64,000 bases of DNA, from assembly GCA_024682215.1 (NCBI GenBank), contig JAIKZM010000088.1, forward strand, positions 25,345-89,344. The letters are read 5' to 3'. The notes below the pieces were generated by a model. The model saw only the letters and a list, made by a program, of their open reading frames with translations, searched no databases and was not told where the DNA came from. Positions within the stretch are counted from its first letter, which is position 1. Each line of letters opens with the position of its first letter. The stretch comes from Saccharofermentans sp. (GTDB taxonomy: Bacteria > Bacillota > Clostridia > Saccharofermentanales > Saccharofermentanaceae). Below are positions 51,056 through 61,344 of the stretch, piece by piece. The position numbers were made by a program, and so were the translations under genes.

Positions 51056-51666
51056 GTTTCAAAGCTCTTTAAGATCTTCTCCTTGAACTCTGATTCATCG
51101 AGCGAGAAACAGCAGCCGCAGTATTTCTGCCTGTAAAGTCCTATCTCTTTTGCAAGTCTCTGACCGAAATAAAAGCCCGGCCTGAAATCAATATAGTAAA
51201 ACTTAACGCCGTACCGTTCTGCTTTCTGCCCGGAGATCTCAGTTATCCTGTCATGCTGCTGGTAAGGACTTACGAGCAATGTCGTGCAGAAAGAATCATA
51301 GCCGTGATCTGCGCAGTACTTTGCAGTTTCTTCCATCCGTTTGTCATAGCACATCTCACAGCGTGAGCCGTACTTTTCAAGGTATTCTTTAGAACGCCAG
51401 TAATCCTCTTCGCATGCAAGCCCTTCCTTTATCAGCTTTAACCCGTACGAATCACAGGCTTTCTGGAGATTCTCCTGACGCCTGTCCCATTCAAACTGCG
51501 GATGGATGTTGGGATTAAACCAGAAACAGTCCGGTTCAATGCCTTGTGAAGTAAGAAGTTTTAGCGGATACATCGAACACGGGCCGCAGCAGCAATGAAG
51601 CAGCAGTTTTCCGCATTCGTCAAGATCTAATGAAGGTATCTGAAGCGTATCGGGAAAGTCTTCCAT
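51052..51666 (-). CDS. queH: Epoxyqueuosine reductase QueH
   Basis: LLLHCCCGPCS, FNPNIHP, RCEMCY, TTLLVSP, YRQKYCGCCFS. Confidence 0.93.
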   Translation of the reverse strand: MEDFPDTLQIPSLDLDECGKLLLHCCCGPCSMYPLKLLTSQGIEPDCFWFNPNIHPQFEWDRRQENLQKACDSYGLKLIKEGLACEEDYWRSKEYLEKYGSRCEMCYDKRMEETAKYCADHGYDSFCTTLLVSPYQQHDRITEISGQKAERYGVKFYYIDFRPGFYFGQRLAKEIGLYRQKYCGCCFSLDESEFKEKILKSFET

Positions 51667-51668
51667 TA

Positions 51669-52790
51669 TTACTCTTCCCCGTTGCTGTTCTGCCAGTCAT
51701 CAATGGAGATATTTTGGTATTGCGAGCCCGAAGCATTTGTCTGGGCAGTTTTCCCGCCCGGAATGAAAGAAGGCGGAGGCGTCATGCCAAGATGCTTGAA
51801 AGCTCGCATAGTAAGCATTCTTCCCCTGGAAGTCTTCTGGATGAATCCGTTCTGAAGAAGGAACGGCTCATAAACGTCCTCGATGGTTACCTGATCCTCG
51901 CCTGTCGTTGCAGCAAGGGTATCAAGACCTACCGGACCGCCCGCGAAGATGTCTGCGATGGTCATGAGCATCTTGCGGTCTATGTTATCAAGACCGATCT
52001 CGTCGATATCAAGCTGCTTGAGGCCGAAATCAGAAACCTCTTTATCTATGATGTCCTTCTCCATATACATGGCGAAGTCGCGCATTCTCTTAAGGAGTCT
52101 TATCGCGATCCTCGGAGTGCCTCTGGATCTTGATGCTATGTTCTGAAGGCCGTCTTCACTGATGTTGATGCCGAGAAGTCCTGCGTCACGCTTCAGGATC
52201 TGCATGAGGTCAGGCGTATCGTAAAGCTCAAGGTGATTGATCATGCCGAAACGGTCTCTCAAAGGAGACGAGATCATACCGGCCCTGGTAGTTGCACCGA
52301 TAAGAGTAAAATGCGGCAGATCAAGTCTCATTGACCTTGCGGCCGGACCTTTGCCGATCATGAGATCGAGCTTGAAATCCTCCATCGCAGGATAAAGTAT
52401 CTCTTCAACATTTCTGTTGAGTCTGTGGATCTCATCGATAAAGAGAACCTCATTCTCTTCGATATTGGTCAGAAGAGCCGCAAGATCACCGGCCTTCTCG
52501 ATCGAAGGTCCCGTGGTGATATGCATACCCACGCCCATCTCATTTGCGATGATGCCGGCAAGGGTTGTCTTTCCGAGTCCCGGAGGACCGTAAAGCAGAA
52601 CGTGATCCAAAGATTCACCGCGTTTCTTTGCAGCTTCGATGAATATCCTTAAGTTCTTCTTTATCTTCTCCTGGCCGGAATAGTCTTCAAGTCTTAAAGG
52701 CCTTAACGTCTTCTCATCAACGTCAGAAGGCTGCTTGACCCTTCCTATTATGCGGTCTTCCTCGGCCTCATATCCGTAATTATCCATCAT
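51669..52790 (-). CDS. ruvB: Holliday junction helicase RuvB
   Basis: [36 protein letters not shown]. Confidence 0.97.
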   Translation of the reverse strand: MMDNYGYEAEEDRIIGRVKQPSDVDEKTLRPLRLEDYSGQEKIKKNLRIFIEAAKKRGESLDHVLLYGPPGLGKTTLAGIIANEMGVGMHITTGPSIEKAGDLAALLTNIEENEVLFIDEIHRLNRNVEEILYPAMEDFKLDLMIGKGPAARSMRLDLPHFTLIGATTRAGMISSPLRDRFGMINHLELYDTPDLMQILKRDAGLLGINISEDGLQNIASRSRGTPRIAIRLLKRMRDFAMYMEKDIIDKEVSDFGLKQLDIDEIGLDNIDRKMLMTIADIFAGGPVGLDTLAATTGEDQVTIEDVYEPFLLQNGFIQKTSRGRMLTMRAFKHLGMTPPPSFIPGGKTAQTNASGSQYQNISIDDWQNSNGEE

Positions 52791-53422
52791 GAGAACTTAC
52801 TCCCCGAAGCGATCTTGAGAGCCTTCTTGATAAGCGCTTCAAGAGTTATGCCTTCCTCATATGCAGCTGCAACAGCCTCTGCTGCCTCCTGCTCCCTGTA
52901 ATCCAAGACCATCAGAGCGCCGATCGCATCATCAGCCACAGAACCGATCGCGGAAACAGAAGCCGCACCAGCTGATGCTGCAGGGATAACAGCTGCAGCA
53001 GCGCTGCTGCCCTTTGCCTGTCCCTTAAGCTTGTCCCTGAGTTCAACGATGATCTTTTCAGCACTCTTCTTGCCCAAGCCTTTAACGCTTGAAAGAAGTG
53101 AAACATTATTGCCCATGACAGCAAGAGCGATCTGTTCGGGCGTAAGCGTAGAACAGATGTTGTGTGCCACCTTCGGGCCTACACCTGAAACAGTAATAAG
53201 CTTTAAGAATATGTCCTTCTGGTCTGCTGAAGCAAAGCCGAAAAGCGAGATATCGTCTTCCCTTACGCTCTGATATACATAAACGGTTGCTTCATCACCA
53301 TTGGCGCCGAGCGTAGAAGAAATGGCAAACGGACAGTTTATGAGATAACCGATACCGTTGTTGTCGATAACCATCTGGGTATCGTTCCTTGATATGATCT
53401 TTCCTCTGATATATGCGTACAT
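52787..53422 (-). CDS. ruvA: Holliday junction protein RuvA
   Basis: [42 protein letters not shown]. Confidence 0.96.
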   Translation of the reverse strand: MYAYIRGKIISRNDTQMVIDNNGIGYLINCPFAISSTLGANGDEATVYVYQSVREDDISLFGFASADQKDIFLKLITVSGVGPKVAHNICSTLTPEQIALAVMGNNVSLLSSVKGLGKKSAEKIIVELRDKLKGQAKGSSAAAAVIPAASAGAASVSAIGSVADDAIGALMVLDYREQEAAEAVAAAYEEGITLEALIKKALKIASGSKFS

Positions 53423-53463
53423 TAAAACTTCCTCCGGAAGATATTATCTCATAAAACCGGTCT

Positions 53464-54024
53464 TCAACCGAATTCGTTACGTCTCGAATAGCCGTAACGT
53501 CCGTACTGATATCCTGAGACGGCCTTGCCGGCAAAGTTGATGCCGGTATTGGCAAGACAGATCGCCAGAGCCAGAGCGTCAGCCGCATCGTCAGGCTTAG
53601 GGATCTCTTTAAGTCCCAAAATGGATTTGGTCATAAGCTGGACCTGCTTCTTCTCGGCTACACCGTAGCCTGTAATGGCGAGCTTGACCTGACCGGGAGT
53701 GAATTCAAACACATCGACGCCTGCTCTGGCAGCCTCAACGAGAACGGCTCCCCTTGCCTGGGCAGTACCGATTACAGTCGTATGGTTCTTGCCCATGAAA
53801 AGCTCTTCGATAGACATATAATCGGGCTTAAACTGCTCTAACAGGAACTTTATCTTCTCGTTTATCGCAAGCAGCCTTACAGGGAAATCAGTCTTGGGCT
53901 TAGTCTCTATAACACCGTAATCCACAACAGAGAATTTGTTGCCGCATTTATCGATTATGCCGTAGCCGGTAATCGCGTATCCGGGGTCTATTCCGATGAT
54001 CCTCTGGGTATTCTTCTCCGGCAT
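53464..54024 (-). CDS. ruvC: Crossover junction endodeoxyribonuclease RuvC
   Basis: IGIDPG, IEELF, QARG, PDDAADALALA. Confidence 0.96.
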   Translation of the reverse strand: MPEKNTQRIIGIDPGYAITGYGIIDKCGNKFSVVDYGVIETKPKTDFPVRLLAINEKIKFLLEQFKPDYMSIEELFMGKNHTTVIGTAQARGAVLVEAARAGVDVFEFTPGQVKLAITGYGVAEKKQVQLMTKSILGLKEIPKPDDAADALALAICLANTGINFAGKAVSGYQYGRYGYSRRNEFG

Positions 54025-54051
54025 TGATTACTCCTTGTAAAACATTTGTTC

Positions 54052-55404
54052 TTATTTTACACCAAAAGGCTTTTTAGGCAATACCGCAATTATCGGATCA
54101 CGTTCCTTGGGAGGTTCAGGACTTATTTCGAATGCTTTGCTCGCAAGATCAAATGCAGCATAAAGGCGTTCATCGGCATCCGGAAGCGCACCGGTTTCGC
54201 CCTGGCAAAGAGCACACAAAGTATCTCCCTTCCTGACCTTGTCTCCTTTTTTGGCGCAGAGGATGATGCCTGCTCCGAAATCTATCTTGTCACTCTTTTC
54301 AAATCTTCCTGCTCCGAGCGTGCATGAAGCCCTTCCTATGAGGTTTGCTCGGACGTTTGTAACATATCCGTCTTCCGTTGCATTGATATGCATCGCATCA
54401 AACGGCTGATCAACATATTGGGGAGTTCCGTCTTCATTTATGATGCCGCCCTGGGATCTTATCAGCTTTCTGTATTCCTCAAGAGCCCTTCCGTCCGTAA
54501 GTCTCTTCAAAAGATCGATCCTGAGTTCGTTATCGTCAAGATCCATTTCCTTTCCCGCGAGTCTTACAAGCTGGAATGCAAGTTCAACAACGACTATCTG
54601 TACATCCTTCGCGCCCCTGCCGCACAGAGTGTCATATACCTCCTGCATCTCCAGGGTATTTCCGACATTTCTTCCCAAAGGCTGATCCATATCGGTTACC
54701 ACTGCACGGGTCTTGATACCGGCACCCTCGCCTATCCTTATCATGGCCGCAGAGAGTTCTCTTGCACGGCTCTCTTCTTTCATGAAAGCGCCGAAACCGC
54801 ATGTTACATCAAGCACCAGAGCCTTGGCACCGCCTGCGATCTTCTTGCTCATTATGCTCGAAGCAATGAGCGGGATAGAATCTATAGTTCCGGTTACGTC
54901 TCTGAGCGAATAGAGGATCTTATCGGCCGGTGCGAGATCAGGCGTCTGTCCCGATATGACCATTCCCGTATTCTTTATCAGATCGGGGAACCGCTTTTTT
55001 GCTATCTCACAGTCAAAACCTTCGATCGACTCAAATTTGTCCACTGTACCGCCTGTATATCCGAGGCCCCTGCCGCTCAGCTTAACACTCTGTATTCCGT
55101 AAGTGGCAAGCAGCGGAAGAAGGAGCGGTGTAACCTTGTCGCCTACGCCGCCGGTGCTGTGCTTGTCAACGGCGACGCCGTCAAGAAAAGACAGATCGTT
55201 AACTTCACCCGACCTGGACATCTCCAAAGTAAGAGTTGTCATCTCACGCTCAGACATGCCGTTGAGTACAATGGCCATAAGAAGGGATGAGATCTGATAA
55301 TCGGGAATGGTACCTTCGGTTACGCCTTTAACGAAATAAGCAATCTGCTCATCTGTCAGTTCCCTGCCGTATCTTTTCTCAAGGATTATATCTATCATCT
55401 TCAT
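54052..55404 (-). CDS. pdp: Pyrimidine-nucleoside (thymidine) phosphorylase
   Basis: PDYQISS, DKHSTGGVGDK, SGRGLGYTGGT, RDVTGT, SIMSKK. Confidence 0.94.
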   Translation of the reverse strand: MKMIDIILEKRYGRELTDEQIAYFVKGVTEGTIPDYQISSLLMAIVLNGMSEREMTTLTLEMSRSGEVNDLSFLDGVAVDKHSTGGVGDKVTPLLLPLLATYGIQSVKLSGRGLGYTGGTVDKFESIEGFDCEIAKKRFPDLIKNTGMVISGQTPDLAPADKILYSLRDVTGTIDSIPLIASSIMSKKIAGGAKALVLDVTCGFGAFMKEESRARELSAAMIRIGEGAGIKTRAVVTDMDQPLGRNVGNTLEMQEVYDTLCGRGAKDVQIVVVELAFQLVRLAGKEMDLDDNELRIDLLKRLTDGRALEEYRKLIRSQGGIINEDGTPQYVDQPFDAMHINATEDGYVTNVRANLIGRASCTLGAGRFEKSDKIDFGAGIILCAKKGDKVRKGDTLCALCQGETGALPDADERLYAAFDLASKAFEISPEPPKERDPIIAVLPKKPFGVK

Positions 55405-55501
55405 GGTAACTACCCCGGATCGTCTTAATATAAATAAGAATACCCCAATACGGGCCAAAGTGCTAAACTATTCCAGATGAATTGAACACACGGAGGATGA
55501 G

Positions 55502-56623
55502 ATGGCAGAAACAGCTAAACCTTTATCGGTAATAATCATAGGATGCGGCCGCGTTGCGGTAAAGCATCTCAAAGCCATCTCCAAGCTCAAGGGCCTGAGG
55601 CTCGCAGCTGTAGTCGATACCAGCGCCGATTCGGCAAAGCGCCTATTAGGTTCGGTCAAAGGGTTTAAGGATACTCCCGTCTATTCCGATTACAAAGAAG
55701 CTATCGACAAGGTCAAGCCTGATATAACATCGGTAACCGTTCCTTCCGGTCTGCATTTTCAGATCGCTTCTTACGCTATGGAACACGGCAGCCATCTTCT
55801 GCTCGAAAAGCCCATGACAATGTCCGCTTTTGAAGCGCGTGACATCTACGATCTCGCCCGCAAGACCGGATGCAAGATCGCCATGGGACACATATACAGA
55901 TACTTCCCCATCGTCGGTCTCGTCCGTGACGACATCGCAAAAGGAGTCTTCGGAAAAGTAACCCACGGCAACATCAACGTACGCTGGGGCCACGACGAGG
56001 CTTATTACGGCAGTGCTGCATGGCGCGGCACATGGAAGAGTGACGGCGGCGCGCTGATGAATCAGACGATACATGCCATCGACCTTCTCGTCTGGCTGAT
56101 GGGTTCAGAACCCGTTTCAGCTGAAGCAATGATCTCCCAGCGCCTCCGCAACATCGAGGCTGAGGATCTCGGCATGGCCATCTTAAGGCTCGAAAACGGA
56201 GCTCTCGCATCAGTTGAAGGCACAACAGCAACATTCCCTTCAAAGCACATGGCTGACTTTACTGTCTTCTGTGAAAGAGGAATGATCTCTATGGGCATCG
56301 ACTCCAATAAACCGGGTATCAGGATCTTCTCTTTAGACGAAAAGGGAAAGATTCATAAGCTAAACGGAAGATATATCCGCCGTCAGCTCAAAGAAGGCGG
56401 TTTATTCGCGTTTAAATGCGCTCTAAACCCTCACATGGGAATTTATAAAGATCTATACACCTCGATCGTCAACAACACACAGCCAGTCGCAGACGCGTAT
56501 GCTGGCTATTCCTCCGTAGACACCATGATGGGCATCTATAAGGCCGCAAAAGAAAACAGTCAGGTAACTCTCCCTCTTACCGAGGATTTCAGTACAGTAG
56601 ACATGACGGGTTATTTCAAGTAA
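55502..56623 (+). CDS. Gfo/Idh/MocA family oxidoreductase
   Basis: IIGCGRVA, PSGLH, EKP, WRGTWKSDGGALMNQTIH. Confidence 0.9.
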   Translation: MAETAKPLSVIIIGCGRVAVKHLKAISKLKGLRLAAVVDTSADSAKRLLGSVKGFKDTPVYSDYKEAIDKVKPDITSVTVPSGLHFQIASYAMEHGSHLLLEKPMTMSAFEARDIYDLARKTGCKIAMGHIYRYFPIVGLVRDDIAKGVFGKVTHGNINVRWGHDEAYYGSAAWRGTWKSDGGALMNQTIHAIDLLVWLMGSEPVSAEAMISQRLRNIEAEDLGMAILRLENGALASVEGTTATFPSKHMADFTVFCERGMISMGIDSNKPGIRIFSLDEKGKIHKLNGRYIRRQLKEGGLFAFKCALNPHMGIYKDLYTSIVNNTQPVADAYAGYSSVDTMMGIYKAAKENSQVTLPLTEDFSTVDMTGYFK

Positions 56624-56665
56624 TCAAAGAAGCTGTCACTTCAGTTTGAGATAACAATATCAAAT

Positions 56666-56700
56666 AAAAAACCGTGAACGGATCGTTCACGGTTTTCTTT
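56666..56700. terminator. Bidirectional intrinsic terminator between the oxidoreductase gene and tRNA-Lys
   Basis: AAAACCGTGAACG-GAT-CGTTCACGGTTTT with A and T tracts on both sides. Confidence 0.88.
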
Positions 56701-56775
56701 GGTGCACCTCCAGGGACTCGAACCCTGGGCCCACTGATTAAGAGTCAGTTGCTCTACCATCTGAGCTAGAGGTGC
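56700..56775 (-). tRNA. tRNA-Lys (CTT)
   Basis: Minus strand GCACCTC acceptor stem, TAGCTCAGATGGTAGAGC D arm, CTGA-CTCTTAA-TCAG anticodon arm, GGTTCGAGTCC T arm, encoded CCA; 76 nt. Confidence 0.97.
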
Positions 56776-56793
56776 GTTAGCACAACGGAAGAT

Positions 56794-56821
56794 ATTTTAT
56801 CACACATTGTGCCCGTGTCAA
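56794..56821 (-). promoter_or_regulatory. sigma-A promoter of tRNA-Lys
   Basis: TTGACA, 16 nt spacer, TAAAAT with an extended TG. Confidence 0.75.
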
Positions 56822-56835
56822 CATGTATTTGAAAA

Positions 56836-57570
56836 TTACTTGTTTTCATCGAAAAATTCGCTGAAGTCATCGTATGTCTCGTCATCAGATGCGATGGACG
56901 GTTTGACGGGTTCTTCAGGAATTGAAGGAGCTGCAGGCTTAACTGCTTCGGCTGGTGCAGCCTTGATCGTAGCTGCCGGTTCTTCAGCAGGCTTCTCAGC
57001 TTCTTTTTCAGATTCATTTTCAACTGTTTCGGTCTTGTGAGTCTCAAGAATAGATTCATCAGCCTTTATGCCGCGCTTTTCTGCTTCTCTAATGGCAGCT
57101 GCACGCTCACGGGCCTCCTCAAGAAGACGCTGCTGCATCTGTCTTCTCTCTTCCCTTGCCTTCTGCTGCTCTTCAACGGCTTTTTTGAGTTCTTCGTCTT
57201 TCTTGATCTTTTCTTCAGCCTGCTTAATAGCCTCTTCACTCATCTTATCCCTGTTGTAGTTGATAAGATCGGAAAGTGATTCAGGAGCCTGAACTGCGCT
57301 GCTCATGATCTCGCTCATGCGTCTGCGGCTCTCTTCGGCTATGCGCTTTTCGTTCTCGGCAACTTCTTCACCGAGAGACTGGAGAGCAGCAAGCTCTTCA
57401 GCAGTAGCTCTGTCGGCAGGAACACCGTCAGATGTATATGTAGGCTTAGGCGTAGATATCCTGATGTCATTTACGCCGGAGACACTGAAATCGGATGCAG
57501 CGTCTTTAATTGTCTTCATGTCCGGAAGTTCCACACCCGGAAGCACTTCATATTTTCTTTCGTCGCTCAT
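56836..57570 (-). CDS. Hypothetical coiled-coil, acidic low-complexity protein; last gene of the kinase-vWA-PP2C operon
   Basis: SD GAGGGG before the ATG at 57570, 10 nt after the PP2C stop; E/K/R-rich helices; acidic tail. Confidence 0.7.
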   Translation of the reverse strand: MSDERKYEVLPGVELPDMKTIKDAASDFSVSGVNDIRISTPKPTYTSDGVPADRATAEELAALQSLGEEVAENEKRIAEESRRRMSEIMSSAVQAPESLSDLINYNRDKMSEEAIKQAEEKIKKDEELKKAVEEQQKAREERRQMQQRLLEEARERAAAIREAEKRGIKADESILETHKTETVENESEKEAEKPAEEPAATIKAAPAEAVKPAAPSIPEEPVKPSIASDDETYDDFSEFFDENK

Positions 57571-57580
57571 AAAACACCCC

Positions 57581-58669
57581 TCATTTGAAAACTGCAAGCA
57601 ACACGATAATGATTAGTTCGATTACACATGCAATACCGAGAAGTATTGCAGGCAAGTTCTTGTTCCCTGAAACCTTTTCCGTTGTTTCCGTCTTTGTTTC
57701 TTCTGATTCTTTTGTTTCTTCTTTTGTCTCAGATTCAGCTGTTTCAGGAGCCTTCTCTTCCTCCTGGTTCACTTCGCCCTTTTCAGCCGCTTTGGTTATG
57801 ATCTCGGATGCCTTGATAAGATCATCCTTGATAGCCTTGGCAACAGTCATGAAATTCTCTTCGGATGTTCCGAATTTCTCTGCACTGCTCTCAAGCGAAG
57901 AAACATCAGGTGCCTGGGTACCTTCAAGCAGAAGAACGCCGAAAGATGAATCGTCGCTGACGTTGCTCGAACCGACGATATACTTTTCGAGTATCTCCCT
58001 GATAGCCGCTTCCCCCTTTTCGCGGCCATCATTAAAGGTCTCAGCCATCTTGGCTACAACAGGCTTAACAAGACCGGAATCCTCATCGTAAACATTGTCC
58101 TGCACTCCGTCCGTCATAAGAGCAACGGCGTGGCAGTCGTCCACGGTAGTCTTGATAAACCTCATATAATCAGCTGCATGTCCTGCCGTAATGAAGAAGG
58201 TTGTTCCGTCCTTCTCATTCTGAGGCATCGAAAACGGTGAAAGACCCGAAGGTGAGATCCTGACGACAAGTCCGTCGCCAAGATGACCTACGATCATTCT
58301 CCTGTCCTTGACAGCAACAAACAAAAGCGTACATGAAAGCTGGTCGAGCGTATCGAGATCTTTCTCGGCAATGATGTCCGCAAAAGCGATCCTGATCTTT
58401 GCCATGAAATAAGACCTTACGGCCGCTTCACGGTTCTCTGCGTAAAGCGCATCGAAATGTTCGGTCAGGATGTCCGAGATAAGCTCAACAGCACATGCGG
58501 AACCAAAACGGGCATGTGTATATTTCTTTCCGCCGGCACCGTCTGCAATGCATACGACGGATACTCCGTTCTTCTGCACGGCAAACGAAGCATCTTCACA
58601 GGGAACTTCCCTGCTTATATGCTTGCGTCCGATGGTTGTAACACAGCCTACGGTAATGCCTGTATACAT
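57581..58669 (-). CDS. PP2C-like phosphatase (YegK/TerY-P type) with a C-terminal TM anchor
   Basis: GRKH...PCEDA, IADGAG, HLGDG, LMTDGV, SDDSS; hydrophobic C-terminus. Confidence 0.85.
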   Translation of the reverse strand: MYTGITVGCVTTIGRKHISREVPCEDASFAVQKNGVSVVCIADGAGGKKYTHARFGSACAVELISDILTEHFDALYAENREAAVRSYFMAKIRIAFADIIAEKDLDTLDQLSCTLLFVAVKDRRMIVGHLGDGLVVRISPSGLSPFSMPQNEKDGTTFFITAGHAADYMRFIKTTVDDCHAVALMTDGVQDNVYDEDSGLVKPVVAKMAETFNDGREKGEAAIREILEKYIVGSSNVSDDSSFGVLLLEGTQAPDVSSLESSAEKFGTSEENFMTVAKAIKDDLIKASEIITKAAEKGEVNQEEEKAPETAESETKEETKESEETKTETTEKVSGNKNLPAILLGIACVIELIIIVLLAVFK

Positions 58670-58675
58670 CAGTTA

Positions 58676-59404
58676 TTATCCTTCGTTAAGGAAATTCATG
58701 AAATCATCTACAGCAACAGCGGAACCTGTAGGAGCCGTGTTGATGTGATAAAGAGCATCGTCATTCATTCCGGAAGAAACGATAGACGAAGATGAAGAAC
58801 CGAGGAATTCGAAAAGCTTTGCGAAATCTGCGGAATTGACCGAGATAGGCTCTTCCCTCTTAAGTGAAAGTCTCTTAAGAAGATCGAAATCAACGCCCGA
58901 TCCTACACCGATATTGAAGATAACGAGCTTATCAGCTGATTCGAGCTCATTGCATGCCTTGATGGCAAGCTCCATGTTCTGCATGGCATTAGGGCCCTGC
59001 GGGGCTCCGTCAGTGATAACAACAAGCCAGGGCTGATAGTATTTGATGCCCATCTGCTTGTAGCCTTCCTTACGAGCGTTAAGAAGCTCCAAAGCTGTAA
59101 GGATACCTTCGCCGATAGGCGTAAGTGTCGTGGATGCGGTGATCTCAGGAATACCCTTTTCCTTGGAGATCTTACCGAAAGGCATAACGATGTCTACCTT
59201 TGAACCGAAAGTAACGATAGCGATGTCCGTCGAATTGCGTGTATCGTCATTATTCTTGATAGAAGCCAAGAAATTCTGCAAACCGACATTAAGCTGTTTG
59301 ATGGGATTACCCATCATTGAACCCGATGTATCGAGTGCAAAACAGATCGGAAGGCGCCTTTTAGTGCTCGTACCGAAATCCGCTGTACTGAATACTTCTC
59401 CCAT
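58676..59404 (-). CDS. TerY/YegL-like vWA domain protein
   Basis: RRLPICFALDTSGSMMG (MIDAS), TPIG, YYQPWLVVITDGAP. Confidence 0.9.
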   Translation of the reverse strand: MGEVFSTADFGTSTKRRLPICFALDTSGSMMGNPIKQLNVGLQNFLASIKNNDDTRNSTDIAIVTFGSKVDIVMPFGKISKEKGIPEITASTTLTPIGEGILTALELLNARKEGYKQMGIKYYQPWLVVITDGAPQGPNAMQNMELAIKACNELESADKLVIFNIGVGSGVDFDLLKRLSLKREEPISVNSADFAKLFEFLGSSSSSIVSSGMNDDALYHINTAPTGSAVAVDDFMNFLNEG

Positions 59405-59466
59405 AATTAACCCCCTCTAAATAACAATCTTTACAAGATTATTATATACATTTTATCGGAAAAGTA

Positions 59467-61245
59467 TCAGAACAATCCAAAGAACTTCTTTCTCTTTTCC
59501 ATTTCCTCTTCCTGACCGGGAACCTGATCTCTCGGAACGTATTTACCCGTAGGCGCATTGCTGAAAACCTTCTTCTCGAAGATCGGCTTTCCAAACGCCT
59601 GCGGCATATCGTCAGGATTTGCAGAAGGATTTGCGGTAACCGGTGCAGTCTTAGGTTCCGATACAGCTGTCTGCTCGGATGCAGCTTTCATTGCCGGAGA
59701 CTGGTTATTGGAATTGGCGGGCGCATGTACTGCATGCGCTGCCTGTTTCTTCTCTAATTCCTTCTTGATAGCGGCTTTGCCGGCTTCAACATCAACAGAG
59801 ACCTGATTGTAGCTTTCCTTCGGGAAGACTTTATAAGCTTCAGGATCATCGTAGACGAAATTCTCAAGATCTTCCTTGTATTTGACTACTGCATCGAGCC
59901 ACTCAAGAGCTTCATAAGAGATTCCGTTCCTGAATGTCTCATAAAGCATCTTGCGCAGTCGCTCGGAAAGATATTCCCAGATATGGTCATAACCGCCGAT
60001 CGGGATAAATTCGTTGTCATTCTCGTAATTATACGGGAAATTGTGATTGATGATCTCTTCCCTCAAAGTCTCGGCGCCGTTACGTGTCGCATAAGGATGC
60101 AGACCGCAGAAAAGCACTGAAAAGACGAGCATTGCGATCGAATAGTCTTCATCGCGGAGCTGTCTTACAAACTGGGCAAAATTCTTGCCCCAGAGTCTCA
60201 TATCAGTGAACTCTTCCGTGCCTACAGGGCAAGGAAGATTATCGACCTGAACGCTGTCCATGTCGATGAGATAGACTTCTGAAGGTGAATTGATCAGAGC
60301 ATTCTTAAGCTGGATATCACCCGCAATGACATCATGCATATGCAGATAAAGATACTTCTCGATAAGGGACAGTAGCGTTGTAACAACATCAAGCCTTGTC
60401 CACTGCGGGAATGCTTCGAGGATCGCGTCAGGACCGTCAAATACAGTTCCGAGCGTCTTACCCTCTCCAAGTGGCATCGTATAACCTACGGGTGCATTAC
60501 GGAAAAACAGCAGTTCAAGCGGAATGCAGAAACCGTTGCCGGTAATTCCCAGTTCAGTCAGTTTCTTGAGTTTTGCCCAACGCAGAGGATTGATGATGCC
60601 CTTGTGATATATCTTAGCAAGACGGCCGGCCTTATCAGTAAGGAAAACCATGCCTTCCGCACCGCCGCTGAGTCTCTTGACGAGTTCATACTTCTCAAGG
60701 TTCTCTGTAACAACGATATCAGAAATGCTCGCATTGCCGAAAGATTCGATATATGAATTGTTATAGGCAAGTTTACTGGGCTCCGGAGGCGGAAAACTCC
60801 AGATCATGGAATCGACAGAATCAAATACCTGAAGACTTCTGTCAGTGATAATGGCAATATCGCATCCGAAATCAGGACGCTTCTCATAAAGCCTCTTGGT
60901 AAAGATGGAATGCCTTGTCGTAAGAATGCAGCATCCGTCAGATATGCCGGTGATGTTAGCTGCAACTTTAAATGTCTCAAGTTCCTTGATAAGATGCATC
61001 TTATGCTCGGCAAGAAGCGCTGAGCAAATCTTTTTCATCGCAAGAGCAGTATTCCTGTCCTTTGGATCCTTGATACGCAAAGTACAATAATGGAGCGCCT
61101 TGAATGACTTGCTGACATAAACTTCAAGGCCTTGAGCCAGAAGCTTGAGCAGATCATCAAAAACAGGCGTGCCTGCATACTCAAAAAGAACCGAATAATC
61201 TAAGTAAATAGATTTATATCCGTAAAGTTCCTCAAACATAAACAC
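59467..61245 (-). CDS. YegI/TerY-K-like atypical Ser/Thr kinase with an N-terminal extra domain
   Basis: GGAEGMVF, AKIYH, AGDIQLKN, LIDMDS, PVGTEEF, GLHPY. Confidence 0.82.
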   Translation of the reverse strand: MFMFEELYGYKSIYLDYSVLFEYAGTPVFDDLLKLLAQGLEVYVSKSFKALHYCTLRIKDPKDRNTALAMKKICSALLAEHKMHLIKELETFKVAANITGISDGCCILTTRHSIFTKRLYEKRPDFGCDIAIITDRSLQVFDSVDSMIWSFPPPEPSKLAYNNSYIESFGNASISDIVVTENLEKYELVKRLSGGAEGMVFLTDKAGRLAKIYHKGIINPLRWAKLKKLTELGITGNGFCIPLELLFFRNAPVGYTMPLGEGKTLGTVFDGPDAILEAFPQWTRLDVVTTLLSLIEKYLYLHMHDVIAGDIQLKNALINSPSEVYLIDMDSVQVDNLPCPVGTEEFTDMRLWGKNFAQFVRQLRDEDYSIAMLVFSVLFCGLHPYATRNGAETLREEIINHNFPYNYENDNEFIPIGGYDHIWEYLSERLRKMLYETFRNGISYEALEWLDAVVKYKEDLENFVYDDPEAYKVFPKESYNQVSVDVEAGKAAIKKELEKKQAAHAVHAPANSNNQSPAMKAASEQTAVSEPKTAPVTANPSANPDDMPQAFGKPIFEKKVFSNAPTGKYVPRDQVPGQEEEMEKRKKFFGLF

Positions 61246-61344
61246 CCTACCGTAATTTCCTTAATATCAAATTTAATTCCAAATCGAAATAAAATCAACA
61301 AAAAATGTGAATATTAATAGCAATATATGGAAAATTTGATGTTT

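Noticed and set aside
54388-55290. 300-aa plus-strand ORF and many similar antisense ORFs (e.g. 39093-39743, 40227-40910, 12703-13059)
   Set aside because: They are shadow frames of well-supported opposite-strand genes, with no recognisable motifs.
56700-61245. TerY-P cluster as an island integrated at tRNA-Lys
   Set aside because: The cluster lies on the 5' side of the tRNA. No integrase or duplicated tRNA 3' end was seen.
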